In this document: piece by piece, positions 28,300 through 39,936 of the stretch
Position numbering within the stretch: the first letter of the stretch is position 1
Layout of the letters: every line of letters starts with the position of its first letter
DNA from: an uncultured Acidobacteriota bacterium
Lineage (GTDB): Bacteria > Acidobacteriota > Thermoanaerobaculia > Multivoradales > SZUA-115
Direction: 5' to 3'
Length of the DNA stretch: 64,000 nt
NCBI GenBank assembly: GCA_963805975.1
Contig: CAWDVR010000001.1
Location: 96,001-160,000, forward strand
Program-made: the position numbers and the translations under genes
The notes under the pieces: generated by a model
Told to the model about the DNA's origin: nothing
The model's input: the letters and a program-made list of their open reading frames with translations, nothing else
The model's database searches: none

Positions 28300-28950
28300 G
28301 TGGGTCAGAAAACACATCCTTACGGGTTCCGGCTGGTCTACAACAAGACCTGGCACTCGCGCTGGTACGCCGAGGCCGCCTACGCCAAGACCCTGCACCA
28401 GGATCTGAAGCTGCGCAAGCAGCTCAAGGCCCGGCTCGGACACGCCGGTGTCTCCGAGATCGACATCGAGCGCGCGGCCGACAAGCTGCGGGTGACGATC
28501 TACACCTCGCGTCCCGGCATCATCATCGGCAGGAAGGGCGCCGAGGTCGACAAGCTGCGCGACGACCTGATGAAGCAGATGGGCCGCGAGGTGCACATCA
28601 ACATCCAGGAGATCCAGCGCCCCGAGCTCGACGCGCAGCTCGTCGCCGAGTCGATCGCCGGCCAGCTCGAGCGCCGCGTGTCTTTCCGGCGGGCGATGAA
28701 GAAGTCCATGGAATCCGCCTTCCGCTTCGGCGCCAAGGGCTTCAAGATCATGGTCGGTGGCCGCTTGGGTGGCCACGAGATCGCGCGCACCGAGTGGTAC
28801 CAGGACGGGCGACTGCCGCTCCACACGCTCAAGGCGGACATCGACTTCGGGCTCGCCGAGGCACGCACCACCTACGGCGTGATCGGGGTCAAGGTCTGGG
28901 TCTACAAGGGCGATCTGCTCAAGGAGAAGAGTCGCCGGGCGACCGCCTAG
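28300..28950 (+). CDS. rpsC: 30S ribosomal protein S3
   Basis: [19 protein letters not shown]. Confidence 0.99.
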   Translation: MGQKTHPYGFRLVYNKTWHSRWYAEAAYAKTLHQDLKLRKQLKARLGHAGVSEIDIERAADKLRVTIYTSRPGIIIGRKGAEVDKLRDDLMKQMGREVHINIQEIQRPELDAQLVAESIAGQLERRVSFRRAMKKSMESAFRFGAKGFKIMVGGRLGGHEIARTEWYQDGRLPLHTLKADIDFGLAEARTTYGVIGVKVWVYKGDLLKEKSRRATA

Positions 28951-28976
28951 CGCGGGCCGGGTCTTAGGAGAACGCC

Positions 28977-29396
28977 ATGTTGATGCCCAAGAAAGTCAAG
29001 TTCAGAAAAGCGCACCGCGGACGCCGGTCGGGTCAGACCAAGGGCGGCGGCTACGTGGCGTTCGGCGACCATGGCCTGCAGGCCCTCGAGGCCGGCTGGG
29101 TGACCGCGCGGCAGATCGAGGCCGCTCGTATCGCCATCAGCCGCGCCATCAAGCGCGGTGGCAAGGTGTGGATCCGCCTGTTCCCGGACAAGCCGATCAC
29201 CAAGAAGCCGCTCGAGACCCGTATGGGTAAGGGCAAGGGCCCCCCGGAGCAGTGGGTGGCGGTGATCCGGCCAGGCCGCGTGATGTACGAGATCGAGGGC
29301 GTGCCCGCCGAGGCCGCCGAGCAGGCCATGCGGCTGGCGGCGCACAAGCTGCCGATCAAGACGCGGTTCATCAGCCGCGGGCAGGAGCTGAGATAA
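28977..29396 (+). CDS. rplP: 50S ribosomal protein L16
   Basis: [18 protein letters not shown]. Confidence 0.99.
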   Translation: MLMPKKVKFRKAHRGRRSGQTKGGGYVAFGDHGLQALEAGWVTARQIEAARIAISRAIKRGGKVWIRLFPDKPITKKPLETRMGKGKGPPEQWVAVIRPGRVMYEIEGVPAEAAEQAMRLAAHKLPIKTRFISRGQELR

Positions 29397-29399
29397 GCC

Positions 29400-29609
29400 A
29401 TGGCCACGAAGACGATGAAGGCGACGGACCTGCGCCAGATCACGGTGGCGGAGCTCAAGGATCGGGAGCGCGAGCTCTCCGAACAGCTCTTCGCCTTGCG
29501 CTTGCAGAAAGTGGTCGGTCAGTTGGCGAACCCGGCCAAGATCCAACACGTGCGGCGGGACCTCGCCCGGGTGCTGACAGTGCTCGGCGAAAAGGCCCAA
29601 CAGGCCTGA
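29400..29609 (+). CDS. rpmC: 50S ribosomal protein L29
   Basis: [17 protein letters not shown]; position in cluster. Confidence 0.97.
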   Translation: MATKTMKATDLRQITVAELKDRERELSEQLFALRLQKVVGQLANPAKIQHVRRDLARVLTVLGEKAQQA

Positions 29610-29626
29610 CGCGGAAGGGAAAGACG

Positions 29627-29971
29627 ATGGCGGAAGAAGCGATGGTCCCACTCGAAGACGGCGGCACGGAGCAGGCGGCAGTCACCAGCCAGCCGCAGGC
29701 AGCGGCGTCAGCGGCTCCCGGCCGCGGCCGGCGCCAGACCAAGGTCGGCACGGTGGTGAGCAACAAGATGGAAAAGACCGTGGTGGTGGCGGTGATGAAC
29801 ACGGTGGTGCATCCGCTGTACAAGCGGTATGGAAAACGCACTTCGAAGTTTCACGCCCACGACGAAGAGAACCTTTGCAACATCGGCGACCAGGTGGAGA
29901 TCGTCTCCACCCGGCCGCTGTCGGCAACCAAGCGTTGGCGGGTCGGCCGCATCCTGCGCCGGGCCGAGTAG
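29627..29971 (+). CDS. rpsQ: 30S ribosomal protein S17 with N-terminal extension
   Basis: [26 protein letters not shown]. Confidence 0.97.
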   Translation: MAEEAMVPLEDGGTEQAAVTSQPQAAASAAPGRGRRQTKVGTVVSNKMEKTVVVAVMNTVVHPLYKRYGKRTSKFHAHDEENLCNIGDQVEIVSTRPLSATKRWRVGRILRRAE

Positions 29972-29986
29972 GGAGGCGAGCGCGCC

Positions 29987-30355
29987 ATGATCCAGATGGG
30001 AACGGTCCTCGACGTGGCCGACAACTCGGGCGCGAAGAAGATCGCCTGCATCCACCTGCGGGGCGGCTCGGCCGGGCAGTACGGGCGGCTGGGAGACTTG
30101 ATCACCGCCTCGGTCAAAGAGGCGTCGCCCGACGGCACGGTGAAGAAGGGGCAGGTGGTCAAGGCGGTGATCGTACGCACGGTGAAGGAGCAGCGGAGGA
30201 AGGACGGCAGCTACATCCGCTTCGACAACAACTCCGCCGTGCTGGTCAACGACACCGGTGAGCCGGTCGGCACCCGAGTCTTCGGGCCGGTGGCGCGCGA
30301 GCTTCGCGAGCGGCGCTTCATGCGCATCGTGTCGCTGGCGCCGGAGGTGATCTAG
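29987..30355 (+). CDS. rplN: 50S ribosomal protein L14
   Basis: [20 protein letters not shown]. Confidence 0.99.
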   Translation: MIQMGTVLDVADNSGAKKIACIHLRGGSAGQYGRLGDLITASVKEASPDGTVKKGQVVKAVIVRTVKEQRRKDGSYIRFDNNSAVLVNDTGEPVGTRVFGPVARELRERRFMRIVSLAPEVI

Positions 30356-30676
30356 ATGAGCTTCAAAGTGAAGAAGAACGACCAGGTTCTGGTCACCGCG
30401 GGCAAGAACCGCGGCGCCACGGGCAAGGTCTTGAAGGTGTTCCCGGTCAAGGGCACCGCGATCGTCGAGCGGGTCAACTACATCAAGCGTCACACCAAGG
30501 CCAACCCGCAGCGGCAGATCCAGGGCGGTATCGTCGAGCGTGAGGCGCCGATCCAGCTCTCGAACGTGATGGTGATCTGTCCGGAGTGCGGCAAGGCCGC
30601 CCGCATGGGCTTGAAGCGGCTCGAAAACGGCAAAGGCGCCCGCGTCTGCAAGAAGTGCAGCGCGGTCGTGAGTTGA
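30356..30676 (+). CDS. rplX: 50S ribosomal protein L24
   Basis: KOW motif, EAPIQLSNV. Confidence 0.98.
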   Translation: MSFKVKKNDQVLVTAGKNRGATGKVLKVFPVKGTAIVERVNYIKRHTKANPQRQIQGGIVEREAPIQLSNVMVICPECGKAARMGLKRLENGKGARVCKKCSAVVS

Positions 30677-30684
30677 GGCGCGCG

Positions 30685-31365
30685 ATGGCGAAGAACGAGA
30701 AGAGCGAGAAGAAAGCCCAGCCGGCCGCCGACAAGAAGGCGGCGAAGAAGGCAGCGCCGGCCGCGGCGGGCGGTGAGAAGAGCGCCACCCCCAAGGCCGC
30801 CAGGCCGAAGGACTACGTGCCGCGTTTGAAGAAGCGCTACGCCGACGAGATCGTGCCCAAGCTCGCCAAGGAGTTCGGCATCGGCAACGTGATGGCCGTG
30901 CCCCGGCTCGAGAAGATCAACCTCAACATGGGCCTGGGGGAGGCGACGCAGAACATCAAGATCATGGACGACGCCGTGGGCGAGCTGGCGTTGCTCGCGG
31001 GCCAGAAGCCGACAGTGACCCGCGCCCACAAGTCGATCGCCGCCTTCAAGCTGCGCCAGGGCATGCCGATCGGCTGCCGGGTGACGCTGCGCGGCGAGCG
31101 CATGTGGGAGTTCCTCGACCACCTGATCTCGATCGCGCTGCCCCGCGTGCGCGACTTCCGCGGCATTCCGTCCAAGAGCTTCGATGGCCGCGGCAACTAC
31201 ACGCTGGGCATCAAGGATCACCTGATCTTCCCCGAGGTCGACTTCAACAAGGTCGACAAACCGAAGGGGATGAACATCACCATCGTCACCACCGCCGGTA
31301 ACGACGAGCGGGCGTTCTACCTGTTGCGCGAGCTGGGCATGCCCTTCGTGGGCAAGGGCCAGTAG
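30685..31365 (+). CDS. rplE: 50S ribosomal protein L5 with Lys/Ala-rich N-terminal extension
   Basis: [27 protein letters not shown]. Confidence 0.98.
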   Translation: MAKNEKSEKKAQPAADKKAAKKAAPAAAGGEKSATPKAARPKDYVPRLKKRYADEIVPKLAKEFGIGNVMAVPRLEKINLNMGLGEATQNIKIMDDAVGELALLAGQKPTVTRAHKSIAAFKLRQGMPIGCRVTLRGERMWEFLDHLISIALPRVRDFRGIPSKSFDGRGNYTLGIKDHLIFPEVDFNKVDKPKGMNITIVTTAGNDERAFYLLRELGMPFVGKGQ

Positions 31366-31398
31366 GTTTCAGGCCAGAAGTCTCAGGAGGCTATCGAA

Positions 31399-31584
31399 GT
31401 GGCAACCACGGCGAAGATCGCGAAGACCGAGAAGAAGCTGAAGTTCTCCTGCCGGCAGCGCAACCGCTGCAAGGTCTGCGGCCGGCCGCGTGGCTTCCTC
31501 CGCAAGTTCGCGCTGTGCAGGATCTGTTTCCGGAACCTGGCGCTCCAGGGCTATCTGCCGGGCGTCATCAAGGCGAGCTGGTAG
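31399..31584 (+). CDS. rpsN: 30S ribosomal protein S14, zinc-binding type Z
   Basis: 61 aa; CKVC...CRIC. Confidence 0.98.
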   Translation: MATTAKIAKTEKKLKFSCRQRNRCKVCGRPRGFLRKFALCRICFRNLALQGYLPGVIKASW

Positions 31585-31611
31585 CGGGCTTATGGCGGCG
31601 AGGAGAAGAGT

Positions 31612-32010
31612 ATGAGCATGACCGATCCGATCTCGGATCTTCTGGCGAGGATTCGCAACGCGCATCTCGCCAAGCACGACCGGCTCGACGTCCCGACCTC
31701 GAAGCTCAAGGTGGAGCTGTGCCGGATCCTCAAGGAAGAGGGCTTCATCCGCAACTTCCGCGTGATGGAGGCGCAGCCGGTCGGCACGCTCCGCATCCTG
31801 CTGCGTTACAACCATGAAGGCGAAGCGGCGATCCGCCACATGGCACGCATCAGCCGGCCGGGGCGCCGCGTCTACGTGGGCGCCGCCGACATCAAGCCGG
31901 TGCGCAACGGCATGGGCGTGGGCGTGGTCTCGACCTCGCGCGGCCTGATCACCGACAAGCAGGCGCGCGAGCAGCGGCTGGGCGGCGAGCTCCTCTGCGA
32001 GCTCTGGTAG
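31612..32010 (+). CDS. rpsH: 30S ribosomal protein S8
   Basis: DPISDLLARIRNA, SRPGRRVY. Confidence 0.99.
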   Translation: MSMTDPISDLLARIRNAHLAKHDRLDVPTSKLKVELCRILKEEGFIRNFRVMEAQPVGTLRILLRYNHEGEAAIRHMARISRPGRRVYVGAADIKPVRNGMGVGVVSTSRGLITDKQAREQRLGGELLCELW

Positions 32011-32038
32011 AGCGGGCCGGTAGAGAAAGGACAAGGCG

Positions 32039-32581
32039 ATGTCGCGGGTAGGCAGAAAACCAATCCCCGTCCCCAGCGGGACGAAGGTCGAGATCAAGGA
32101 CGGCGTCTTTCTCGCAGAGGGACCCAAGGGAAAAGTCTCGCAACGGCTTCACGACGGCTTCCCTGTCGAGGTCAAGGACGGCGTGATCGAGGTCAGCCGG
32201 CCGGGCGACTCCGGGCCGGAGCGGGCCAAGCACGGGCTGCTGCGCGCGCTCCTCGCCAACGCCGTGGCCGGCGCCACCCAGGGGTGGACGCGGCAGCTCG
32301 ACATCGTCGGTGTCGGCTACCGCGCCGAGGTGAAGGGCCAGGAGGTGCACTTCGCGCTCGGCAAGTCGCACCCCGTGATCTTCGCCATTCCGGCCGGGAT
32401 CAAGGTCGAGGTCGACGCCAAGACCAACCGGGTGACGGTCTCCGGTGCGGACCGCCAGCAGGTCGGGCAGGTGGCGGCGGAGATCCGTGCGCTGCGCAAG
32501 CCGGACCCCTACAAGCAGAAGGGCGTCCGCTACGTCGGCGAGAAGCTGCGCAAGAAGGCCGGCAAGGCTGGCGGAAGGTAG
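32039..32581 (+). CDS. rplF: 50S ribosomal protein L6
   Basis: MSRVGRKPI, PDPYKQKG. Confidence 0.99.
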   Translation: MSRVGRKPIPVPSGTKVEIKDGVFLAEGPKGKVSQRLHDGFPVEVKDGVIEVSRPGDSGPERAKHGLLRALLANAVAGATQGWTRQLDIVGVGYRAEVKGQEVHFALGKSHPVIFAIPAGIKVEVDAKTNRVTVSGADRQQVGQVAAEIRALRKPDPYKQKGVRYVGEKLRKKAGKAGGR

Positions 32582-32590
32582 AGGCGAACG

Positions 32591-32983
32591 ATGAGCGAGA
32601 GCAACGTACACTCGAAGCGCGTCGAGGCCAAGCAGGCCCGCCGGGCGCGCGCCCACCAGCGCCTGCGTCAGCGGGTGCGGGGCACCGCCGCCCGCCCGCG
32701 TCTGGCCGTCTTCAAGAGCATCAAGCACGTCTACGTGCAGGTGATCGACGACGAGCGCGGCACGACCCTCGCCCAGGCGTCGACCATCGACGCCGAGGTC
32801 AAGGGCAAGCTCAAGGGCCCGGCCGCCAACAAGGAGGCGGCGCGGGTGGTGGGCGAGATGGTCGCCGAGCGGGCCAAGGCCCTCGGTCTCACCAAGGTGG
32901 TGTTCGATCGCGGTGGCTACATCTACCACGGCAAGGTGAAGGAAGTCGCCGAAGGCGCCCGCAAGCAGGGCCTGGATTTCTGA
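32591..32983 (+). CDS. rplR: 50S ribosomal protein L18
   Basis: [19 protein letters not shown]. Confidence 0.98.
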   Translation: MSESNVHSKRVEAKQARRARAHQRLRQRVRGTAARPRLAVFKSIKHVYVQVIDDERGTTLAQASTIDAEVKGKLKGPAANKEAARVVGEMVAERAKALGLTKVVFDRGGYIYHGKVKEVAEGARKQGLDF

Positions 32984-32996
32984 AGGGAGACGAGGC

Positions 32997-33524
32997 GTGA
33001 GTGCCAGATTCGAAAGCAACCGCGAAGGGCGCGAGAGCGAGTTCTTCGAGCAGGTCGTCCATATCAACCGCGTGACCAAGGTGGTCAAGGGCGGCAAGAA
33101 CTTCTCTTTCTCGGCGCTGGTGGTGATCGGCGACGGCAACGGCAGCGTGGGCTACGGTTCCGGCAAGGCGAAGGAAGTGCCGGTCGCGATCCGCAAGGGC
33201 ATTGAAGCCGCCAAGCGCAACATGATCCAGGTGCCGCTCAACGGCTCGACGGTGCCGCACGAGGCGCTGGGAGTCTACGGCGCCGGGCGCGTGCTGCTGA
33301 AGCCTGCCTCGGCAGGTACCGGCGTGATCGCCGGCGGCCCGGTCCGCGCGGTGGTCGAGACGGCGGGGATCCAGGACATTCTGACCAAGTCGCTCGGCAC
33401 GACGAACCCGCACAACGTGGTCAAGGCGACGTTCGCCGCTCTCCTCCAGTTGCGCAGCGAGGATGCCGTGCGCCGCGAGCGCACCGCCGCGGCCCCCGCA
33501 CCCAAGCAGGCGGCGGCCGTTTAG
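32997..33524 (+). CDS. rpsE: 30S ribosomal protein S5
   Basis: [18 protein letters not shown]. Confidence 0.99.
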   Translation: MSARFESNREGRESEFFEQVVHINRVTKVVKGGKNFSFSALVVIGDGNGSVGYGSGKAKEVPVAIRKGIEAAKRNMIQVPLNGSTVPHEALGVYGAGRVLLKPASAGTGVIAGGPVRAVVETAGIQDILTKSLGTTNPHNVVKATFAALLQLRSEDAVRRERTAAAPAPKQAAAV

Positions 33525-33542
33525 CGGCAGGGAAGGTGAGCG

Positions 33543-33767
33543 ATGGCGAAGAAGAGCACGGCCGAGAAGGAAAAAGAAGCAGTGAAGACGATCAGGATCC
33601 GCCAGACCGGGGGACTGCCCGGCTGTCAGCGGCGCCACCGCGAGGTGATACGCGGCCTGGGGCTGCGTCGCATCGGTCACACCGTGGAGCGGCTGGACAC
33701 GCCGGCGATCCGCGGCATGGTCGCCAAGGTCGCCTATCTGGTCGAGATCGTAAAGGACCCGTCATGA
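33543..33767 (+). CDS. rpmD: 50S ribosomal protein L30
   Basis: [19 protein letters not shown]. Confidence 0.95.
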   Translation: MAKKSTAEKEKEAVKTIRIRQTGGLPGCQRRHREVIRGLGLRRIGHTVERLDTPAIRGMVAKVAYLVEIVKDPS

Positions 33768-34207
33768 AGCTGAGCGACCTGTCCCCGGCCAAGGGGAGCA
33801 CACAAAAGAAAAAGCGCGTCGGACGCGGCCCGGGCTCCGGCCTCGGCAAGACGGCCGGCCGTGGCCACAAGGGCCAGAAGTCGCGCGCCGGGTACAGCCG
33901 GCAGGCGGGCTTCGAGGGCGGTCAGATGACCCTCATCCGGCGCATCCCGAAGCGCGGCTTCACCAACATTTTCAAGCAGACCTACGCGGTGGTGAACCTC
34001 TCCCGCCTGGCGGAGGTCGAGGAGACGGAGATCACTCCCGACCTTCTGGCCGAGCTCGGCCTGGTGCGTTCCGGCGAGCCGGTGAAGGTGCTGGGCAACG
34101 GTGAGATCAGCAAGGCCCTGAAGGTGTCGGCGCACAAATTCAGTCAATCGGCGCGAACCAAGATCGAAGCTGCCGGCGGCAGCTGCGAGGAGCTGGCGAG
34201 GAGCTGA
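33764..34207 (+). CDS. rplO: 50S ribosomal protein L15
   Basis: [19 protein letters not shown]. Confidence 0.98.
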   Translation: MKLSDLSPAKGSTQKKKRVGRGPGSGLGKTAGRGHKGQKSRAGYSRQAGFEGGQMTLIRRIPKRGFTNIFKQTYAVVNLSRLAEVEETEITPDLLAELGLVRSGEPVKVLGNGEISKALKVSAHKFSQSARTKIEAAGGSCEELARS

Positions 34208-34211
34208 GGTC

Positions 34212-35600
34212 GTGATCGATAGTTTCCGCAATATCTTTGCCATTCCCGAGCTGCGCAAGCGGCTGATGTTCACGTTCGGGCTCTTGGCCGTGTACCGGCT
34301 GGGGTGTCATATCCCGGTGCCGGGTGTCGACCCCAAGGCGCTGCTCGAGTTCATGACCGCCAGCTCGGGAACCCTGCTCGGCTTCGTGAACACCTTCACG
34401 GGAGGAAGCCTGCAGCGGGTGGCGATCTTCGGGCTGGGGATCATGCCGTACATCACGGCGTCGATCATCCTTCAGCTCCTGACCGTGGTCTGGCCCTTCC
34501 TCGAGAAGCTGTCGAAGGAAGGCGAGATGGGGCGGCGCAAGATCACCCAGTACACCCGCTACGGCACCGTGCTGATCGCGATGGTGCAGTCGGCAAGTTT
34601 CGCGGCTTTCCTGCAGAAGACCCCAGCACCTGGCGGCGCGCCCCTGGTGCCGGATCCCGGCATCGGCTTCGTGCTGATGACCATGCTCACCTTGACCACC
34701 GGCTGCGCCTTCGTGATGTGGCTGGGCGAGCAGATCTCCGAGCGCGGCATCGGCAACGGCATCTCGCTGATCATCTTCGCCGGCATCGTCGTCGGCTTGG
34801 TGCCGGCGGCGGCCGACACCATCGTCAAGGTGCAGAACCAGCAGCTGAACGCCATCGCCATCGTCATCCTGGTGGCGGTCATGCTGGCGGTGACGGCGGC
34901 GATCGTCTTCATGGAGCGGGCCCAGCGCCGAATCCCGGTGCAGTACGCCAAGCGGGTGGTCGGGCGCCGCATGTACGGCGGCCAGTCGACCTACCTGCCG
35001 CTGCGCGTCAACACCGCGGGCGTCATCCCGGTGATCTTCGCGAGCTCGCTCCTGATGCTGCCCGTGACCCTGGCGCAGATGGCCCCGGCAGAGTGGATCG
35101 GCGTGCACACCGTGGCCGACTATCTGGGCTACGGCAAGCCGTTCCACTACCTGCTGTACGTGGTCGGGATCATCTTCTTTGCGTACTTCTACGTCTCGAT
35201 CATCTTCAACCCGGCGGACCTCGCGGAGAACATGCGGAAGTACGGCGGGTTCATCCCCGGCATCCGTCCGGGCAAGCGCACCGCCGAGCACATCGACCGC
35301 ATCTTGTCGCGCATCACCTTCGTGGGCGCGCTGTATCTGTCGGCCGTGTCGGTGCTGCCGGACTTCCTGCTCAACGGCTTCGACGTGGCCTACATCCCGT
35401 GGCTCGGGCCGGGTTTGGCGAGCGTGACGCCGGACTGGGTGCGATCGGGGATGGGGATCAACTTCTACTTCGGCGGCACCTCGCTCCTGATCGTGGTCGG
35501 TGTCGCCATGGACTTCATTCAGCAGGTCGAGAGCCAGCTCGTGATGCGCAACTACGAAGGCTTCATGAAGCGTGGCCGCATCAAGGGGCGGCGGGGTTAG
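34212..35600 (+). CDS. secY: Preprotein translocase subunit SecY
   Basis: LGIMPYITASII, GIGNGISLIIF, GGTSLLIVVGV. Confidence 0.99.
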   Translation: MIDSFRNIFAIPELRKRLMFTFGLLAVYRLGCHIPVPGVDPKALLEFMTASSGTLLGFVNTFTGGSLQRVAIFGLGIMPYITASIILQLLTVVWPFLEKLSKEGEMGRRKITQYTRYGTVLIAMVQSASFAAFLQKTPAPGGAPLVPDPGIGFVLMTMLTLTTGCAFVMWLGEQISERGIGNGISLIIFAGIVVGLVPAAADTIVKVQNQQLNAIAIVILVAVMLAVTAAIVFMERAQRRIPVQYAKRVVGRRMYGGQSTYLPLRVNTAGVIPVIFASSLLMLPVTLAQMAPAEWIGVHTVADYLGYGKPFHYLLYVVGIIFFAYFYVSIIFNPADLAENMRKYGGFIPGIRPGKRTAEHIDRILSRITFVGALYLSAVSVLPDFLLNGFDVAYIPWLGPGLASVTPDWVRSGMGINFYFGGTSLLIVVGVAMDFIQQVESQLVMRNYEGFMKRGRIKGRRG

Positions 35601-35606
35601 CAGCCG

Positions 35607-36161
35607 GTGAAGAGAGTGGTCCTGCTGGGCCCTCCGGGGTCCGGCAAGGGAACGCAGGCGGAGCGGCTGGCACGGGAGCTGGGAGTGCCCGCCATCTCGA
35701 CCGGCGAGATGTTGCGCGGTGCGGCGGCGGCCGGGACGCCGCTCGGCAAGCGGGTAGAAGGGATCATGCTCCAGGGCCACCTGGTCGACGACCAGACCAT
35801 GGCCGACGTGGTGCGCGAGCGGCTGGAACAGGACGACGCGCGGCAAGGGTTTCTGCTCGACGGCTATCCGCGGACGATGCCGCAGGCCGAGACGCTGGAG
35901 GCGATTCTCGGCGCTCAAGGCACCCGGCTCGAGGCGGTGGTGCTGATCGAGGTTCCGGAGCCGGTGCTGGTCGAGCGAGCGCTGTCGCGCCGCCGTCCGG
36001 ATGACACGGACGAGGTGATCCGGGAGCGGCTCTCGGTGTATGGGAAGGATACGGAGCCGGTGGCGGGTTATTACCGGGGCCGGGGCCTCCTGCAGGCGGT
36101 CGACGGCGACCAGCCTATTGATCTGGTGACGGCGGCCCTGTTGACCGCCCTAGGAAAGTGA
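35607..36161 (+). CDS. adk: Adenylate kinase, short LID type
   Basis: GPPGSGKGTQ, LLDGYPR, RRPDD. Confidence 0.97.
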   Translation: MKRVVLLGPPGSGKGTQAERLARELGVPAISTGEMLRGAAAAGTPLGKRVEGIMLQGHLVDDQTMADVVRERLEQDDARQGFLLDGYPRTMPQAETLEAILGAQGTRLEAVVLIEVPEPVLVERALSRRRPDDTDEVIRERLSVYGKDTEPVAGYYRGRGLLQAVDGDQPIDLVTAALLTALGK

Positions 36162-36192
36162 CGCGGGACGAGAACGCGAGGAAACGGACGCT

Positions 36193-36996
36193 GTGGTAGT
36201 GCTGAAAACGCCGGGAGAGCTTTCGCTGATGGACGATGCCAACCGCATCGTTCACGAAGTGCTGGCCGGGATTGCCGAGCGCATCCTGCCGGGCTCCACC
36301 ACGGCCGAGCTCAATGAATGGGCGGAGCGCCACATCCGCAGCCGCGGCGGCGTGCCGGCGTTTCTCAATTACCGGGGATTCCCGGCGACGCTCTGCACCG
36401 CGGTCAACGACGTGATCGTCCACGGCATCCCGGACTCGACGCCGCTTCGTGACGGCGACATCGTCGGCATTGATTGCGGCGTGTCGTACAAGGGATACTA
36501 TGGGGACGCCGCCTGGACCTTCACCGTGGGCCACCCACGGCCGGAGGCCTTGCGGCTGCTCGCGGTGACCCGCAAAGCCCTGGACATCGGGGTCAGCCAG
36601 GCCAGGCCGGGCGGACGCCTGGGGGACATCGGTTCCGCCGTCCAGAACTACGTCGAGTCGCACGGCTACTCCGTGGTGCGCGACTTCGTGGGCCACGGCA
36701 TCGGTACCTCGTTGCACGAGGACCCGCAGGTGCCCAACTACGGCGATGCCGGCAAGGGCACGAAGCTCAAGCCCGGCATGGTGCTCGCCATCGAGCCGAT
36801 GGTCAACGCCGGCGGCTCCGAGGTCAGCGTCGACGCCGACGGTTGGACGGCCCGCACCGAGGACGGCGCCCTGTCGGCGCACTTCGAGTACTCGGTGGCA
36901 GTGACGGCCAACGGGCCGCGGGTGCTGGGCACCACGCCCGGCACCATGGCGCACGAGCTGGGCCTCGAGATGTACCTGCGAGCGGGCGCCGCGTAG
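36193..36996 (+). CDS. map: Type I methionine aminopeptidase
   Basis: HGIP, GHGIG, EPMV, SAHFE. Confidence 0.97.
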   Translation: MVVLKTPGELSLMDDANRIVHEVLAGIAERILPGSTTAELNEWAERHIRSRGGVPAFLNYRGFPATLCTAVNDVIVHGIPDSTPLRDGDIVGIDCGVSYKGYYGDAAWTFTVGHPRPEALRLLAVTRKALDIGVSQARPGGRLGDIGSAVQNYVESHGYSVVRDFVGHGIGTSLHEDPQVPNYGDAGKGTKLKPGMVLAIEPMVNAGGSEVSVDADGWTARTEDGALSAHFEYSVAVTANGPRVLGTTPGTMAHELGLEMYLRAGAA

Positions 36997-37029
36997 GCGT
37001 CCGCAGGCGTCTGGAAAGGAATTTGGAGC

Positions 37030-37248
37030 TTGGCCAAAGAAGAGGCAATCGAAGTCGAGGCAACCGTGGTCGAGCCGCTGCCCAATGCCATGTTCCGGGT
37101 GCAGCTCGAAAACGGGCACCAGGTGCTGGCCCACATTTCCGGCAAGATGCGCAAGCACTTCATTCGCATCCTGCCGGGCGACAAGGTACGGGTGGAGCTG
37201 TCGCCGTACGACCTCAACCGTGGCCGCATCGTCTATCGGCTGAAGTAG
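37030..37248 (+). CDS. infA: Translation initiation factor IF-1
   Basis: [23 protein letters not shown]. Confidence 0.99.
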   Translation: MAKEEAIEVEATVVEPLPNAMFRVQLENGHQVLAHISGKMRKHFIRILPGDKVRVELSPYDLNRGRIVYRLK

Positions 37249-37272
37249 CTTTTCGTCCTGGAGCGCGAGATC

Positions 37273-37386
37273 ATGAAGGTTCGAACCTCGGTCAAACGGA
37301 TGTGCGCGAAGTGCAAGATCGTGCGCCGCAAGGGCGTGATCCGGGTGCTCTGCGAAAACCCCAAACACAAGCAGCGGCAGGGGTAG
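37273..37386 (+). CDS. rpmJ: 50S ribosomal protein L36 (not in the ORF track)
   Basis: Manual translation [37 protein letters not shown]. Confidence 0.98.
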   Translation: MKVRTSVKRMCAKCKIVRRKGVIRVLCENPKHKQRQG

Positions 37387-37396
37387 GGGTAAAACA

Positions 37397-37780
37397 ATGG
37401 CACGTATCGCGGGGGTAGACCTGCCCCAGAACAAACAGGTCGCAATCGGCTTGACCTACATCTTCGGAATCGGCCGCTCGCGGTCGAAGAAGATCCTCGA
37501 CAAGGCGGCGGTTCCGCTGACCACCAAGGTCAGGGAGCTGACCGAGGACGAGGCACGGCGCATCCGCCAGGTGATCCAGGAGGAAGGCCGCGTGGAGGGC
37601 GACCTGCGCAAGGAGGTCAGCCAGAGCATCAAGCGGCTGATGGAGATCGGCGCCTACCGCGGCGTCCGGCACCGCAAGTCGCTGCCGGTCCGCGGCCAGC
37701 GCACCTCCACCAACGCACGCACCCGCAAGGGCCCGCGCCGGGCGACGATCGCCGGCAAGAAGAAGGCCACCAAGAAGTAG
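37397..37780 (+). CDS. rpsM: 30S ribosomal protein S13
   Basis: [18 protein letters not shown]. Confidence 0.99.
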   Translation: MARIAGVDLPQNKQVAIGLTYIFGIGRSRSKKILDKAAVPLTTKVRELTEDEARRIRQVIQEEGRVEGDLRKEVSQSIKRLMEIGAYRGVRHRKSLPVRGQRTSTNARTRKGPRRATIAGKKKATKK

Positions 37781-37808
37781 GCATCAGGAAGGCGAGCAGG
37801 GAGACGAC

Positions 37809-38213
37809 ATGGCGAAAGCTGCCCCCAGCAAGACCAAGAAGGCCGGCAAGAAGAAAGAAAAGCGGATCGTTCCGCACGCCGTGGCCCACATCAAGGCGAC
37901 CTTCAACAACACCCAGGTCGCGATCGCGGACCCGGAGGGGAATCTTCTCTCCTGGTCGTCGGCCGGCCGCATCGGCTTCAAAGGTTCGCGCAAAGGCACT
38001 CCGTTCGCGGCCCAGGTCGCGGCACAGAACGCCGGCGGCGCGGCCAAGGACATGGGTGTGCGCACCGTGGACGTAATGGTCAAGGGCCCTGGTGCCGGCC
38101 GCGAGTCGGCGGTGCGGGCGCTCCAGGCCGCGGGGCTCGAGGTCAAGTCGATCAAAGACGTGACGCCCATTCCCCACAACGGCTGCCGGCCGCGCAAGCG
38201 GCGGCGCGTTTAG
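37809..38213 (+). CDS. rpsK: 30S ribosomal protein S11
   Basis: [17 protein letters not shown]. Confidence 0.99.
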   Translation: MAKAAPSKTKKAGKKKEKRIVPHAVAHIKATFNNTQVAIADPEGNLLSWSSAGRIGFKGSRKGTPFAAQVAAQNAGGAAKDMGVRTVDVMVKGPGAGRESAVRALQAAGLEVKSIKDVTPIPHNGCRPRKRRRV

Positions 38214-38270
38214 CAGCTCGCGCCCTCGGCTCGGGGACGCTTCTCGTGATTGAGTTGAAGGAGATCTAAA

Positions 38271-38900
38271 GTGGCACGATATTCAGGATCCGTTTGCCGT
38301 CTCTGCCGCCGCGAGCGGATGAAGCTCTTCTTGAAGGGCGACCGCTGCTTCAAGGAGAAATGCTCCGTCGAGCGCCGCGCCTATCCACCGGGCCAGCACG
38401 GCAACCGCCGCGGCCGCCGTATCATCGGCTACGGTCTGCAACTGCGCGAGAAACAGAAGGTGAAGCGCATCTACGGCCTGCTCGAGACCCAGTTCCGCAA
38501 CTATTTCAAGGAGGCCGACCGCCGCAAGGGCATCACCGGCGAGAACCTCCTGGCGATGCTCGAGCGCCGGCTGGACAACGTGGTCTACAGCCTGGGTTTC
38601 GCCTCTTCGCGGGCCCAGGCGCGGCAGCTCGTGCGCCACGGGCACGTGCAGGTCAACGGCCAGAAGGTCTCGGTGCCCTCCTACCAGGTGCGCGCCGAGC
38701 AAGTGGTGGCGATCAAAGAGGCGAGCCGCAAGAACGAGTTCATCCGCGCCAGCGTCGAGACGGCGCGCGGTCGCGGCGTTCCCGACTGGCTCGAGCTGGA
38801 CGCCGAGAGCTTCAAAGGACGGGTGCTGCGGCAGCCGGCCCGGGAGGACATCAAGCTCCCCATCCAGGAGCAGCTCATCGTCGAGCTCTACAGCCGGTAA
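38271..38900 (+). CDS. rpsD: 30S ribosomal protein S4
   Basis: [21 protein letters not shown]. Confidence 0.99.
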   Translation: MARYSGSVCRLCRRERMKLFLKGDRCFKEKCSVERRAYPPGQHGNRRGRRIIGYGLQLREKQKVKRIYGLLETQFRNYFKEADRRKGITGENLLAMLERRLDNVVYSLGFASSRAQARQLVRHGHVQVNGQKVSVPSYQVRAEQVVAIKEASRKNEFIRASVETARGRGVPDWLELDAESFKGRVLRQPAREDIKLPIQEQLIVELYSR

Positions 38901-38936
38901 GACGGGTCGGGACCGACCCGGAAAAGGAGTCTCTAC

Positions 38937-39917
38937 ATGCAGTGGAAAGGTTTTCAGCGCCCCAAGCGCTTGGAAGTTGATAGCGCGTCCCTGACGCCCA
39001 CCTACGGCAAGTTCATCGCCCAGCCGTTCGAGCGCGGCTTCGCCACCACCATCGGCAACGCCCTGCGGCGCTGCCTGCTGTCCTCGATCGAGGGAGCGGC
39101 GATCACCGGCGTCTACATCGACGGCGTGCTGCACGAGTTCTCGTCGCTGCCGGGGGTGGTCGAGGACGTGACCGACATCATCCTCAACCTGAAGCAGGTG
39201 CCCATCCGCCTGCACAGCGAGGAGCCGAAAGTGCTGTCCATCGACGTCCCCGGGCCGGGTGCCGTCTCGGCCGGCCAGATCTCCGAGGACCCCTCGGTCG
39301 AGATCGTCGACCCGGACGTCCACATCGCCACCCTGGGCGACGATGTGCGGCTCAAGATGCAGGTCCAGGTGCAGAAGGGGCGGGGCTACGTCTCCGCCGA
39401 CCGCAACTTCGACGAGGCCCTGGGCATCGGCTGGATCCCGGTCGACTCGGCTCACAGCCCGGTGCGGCGGGTGAACTACCGCGTCGAGGCGGCCCGTCTC
39501 GGCCAAACCACCGACTACGAGCGCCTGATCCTCGAGGTGTGGACCAACGGCACCATCGCGCCGGAGACGGCCGTCTCGCTGGCCTCGATGCTGCTCAAGG
39601 ACCATCTCACGATCTTCATCACCGCCGAGGAGTCGATTCGAGACGACGGCGCGGACGGCCGTGGCGACGAGCTCGCCGGCATGGACGCCCTGCTCTCGCG
39701 CCGCATCGAGGAGCTGGACCTCTCGGTGCGCTCGGCCAACTGTCTCAAGAACGCCAACATCCACACGCTGCGCGACCTGGTCCGCAGGTCCGAGAAGGAC
39801 ATGCTGGAGACCAAGAACTTCGGCAGGAAGTCGCTCGAAGAGCTGCAGGATCTGTTGGCTCGCCTCGGCCTGGAGTTCGGTATGAACGTGCCGGACCGCC
39901 CGTCCGCCGACGCCTAA
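38937..39917 (+). CDS. rpoA: RNA polymerase subunit alpha
   Basis: [29 protein letters not shown]. Confidence 0.99.
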   Translation: MQWKGFQRPKRLEVDSASLTPTYGKFIAQPFERGFATTIGNALRRCLLSSIEGAAITGVYIDGVLHEFSSLPGVVEDVTDIILNLKQVPIRLHSEEPKVLSIDVPGPGAVSAGQISEDPSVEIVDPDVHIATLGDDVRLKMQVQVQKGRGYVSADRNFDEALGIGWIPVDSAHSPVRRVNYRVEAARLGQTTDYERLILEVWTNGTIAPETAVSLASMLLKDHLTIFITAEESIRDDGADGRGDELAGMDALLSRRIEELDLSVRSANCLKNANIHTLRDLVRRSEKDMLETKNFGRKSLEELQDLLARLGLEFGMNVPDRPSADA

Positions 39918-39936
39918 GTAGAGCGGGAGAGACGCT

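Noticed and set aside
38903-38920. Hairpin between rpsD and rpoA
   Set aside because: It is a short stem with no U-tract and does not cover the SD, so there is no evidence for a specific regulatory role.
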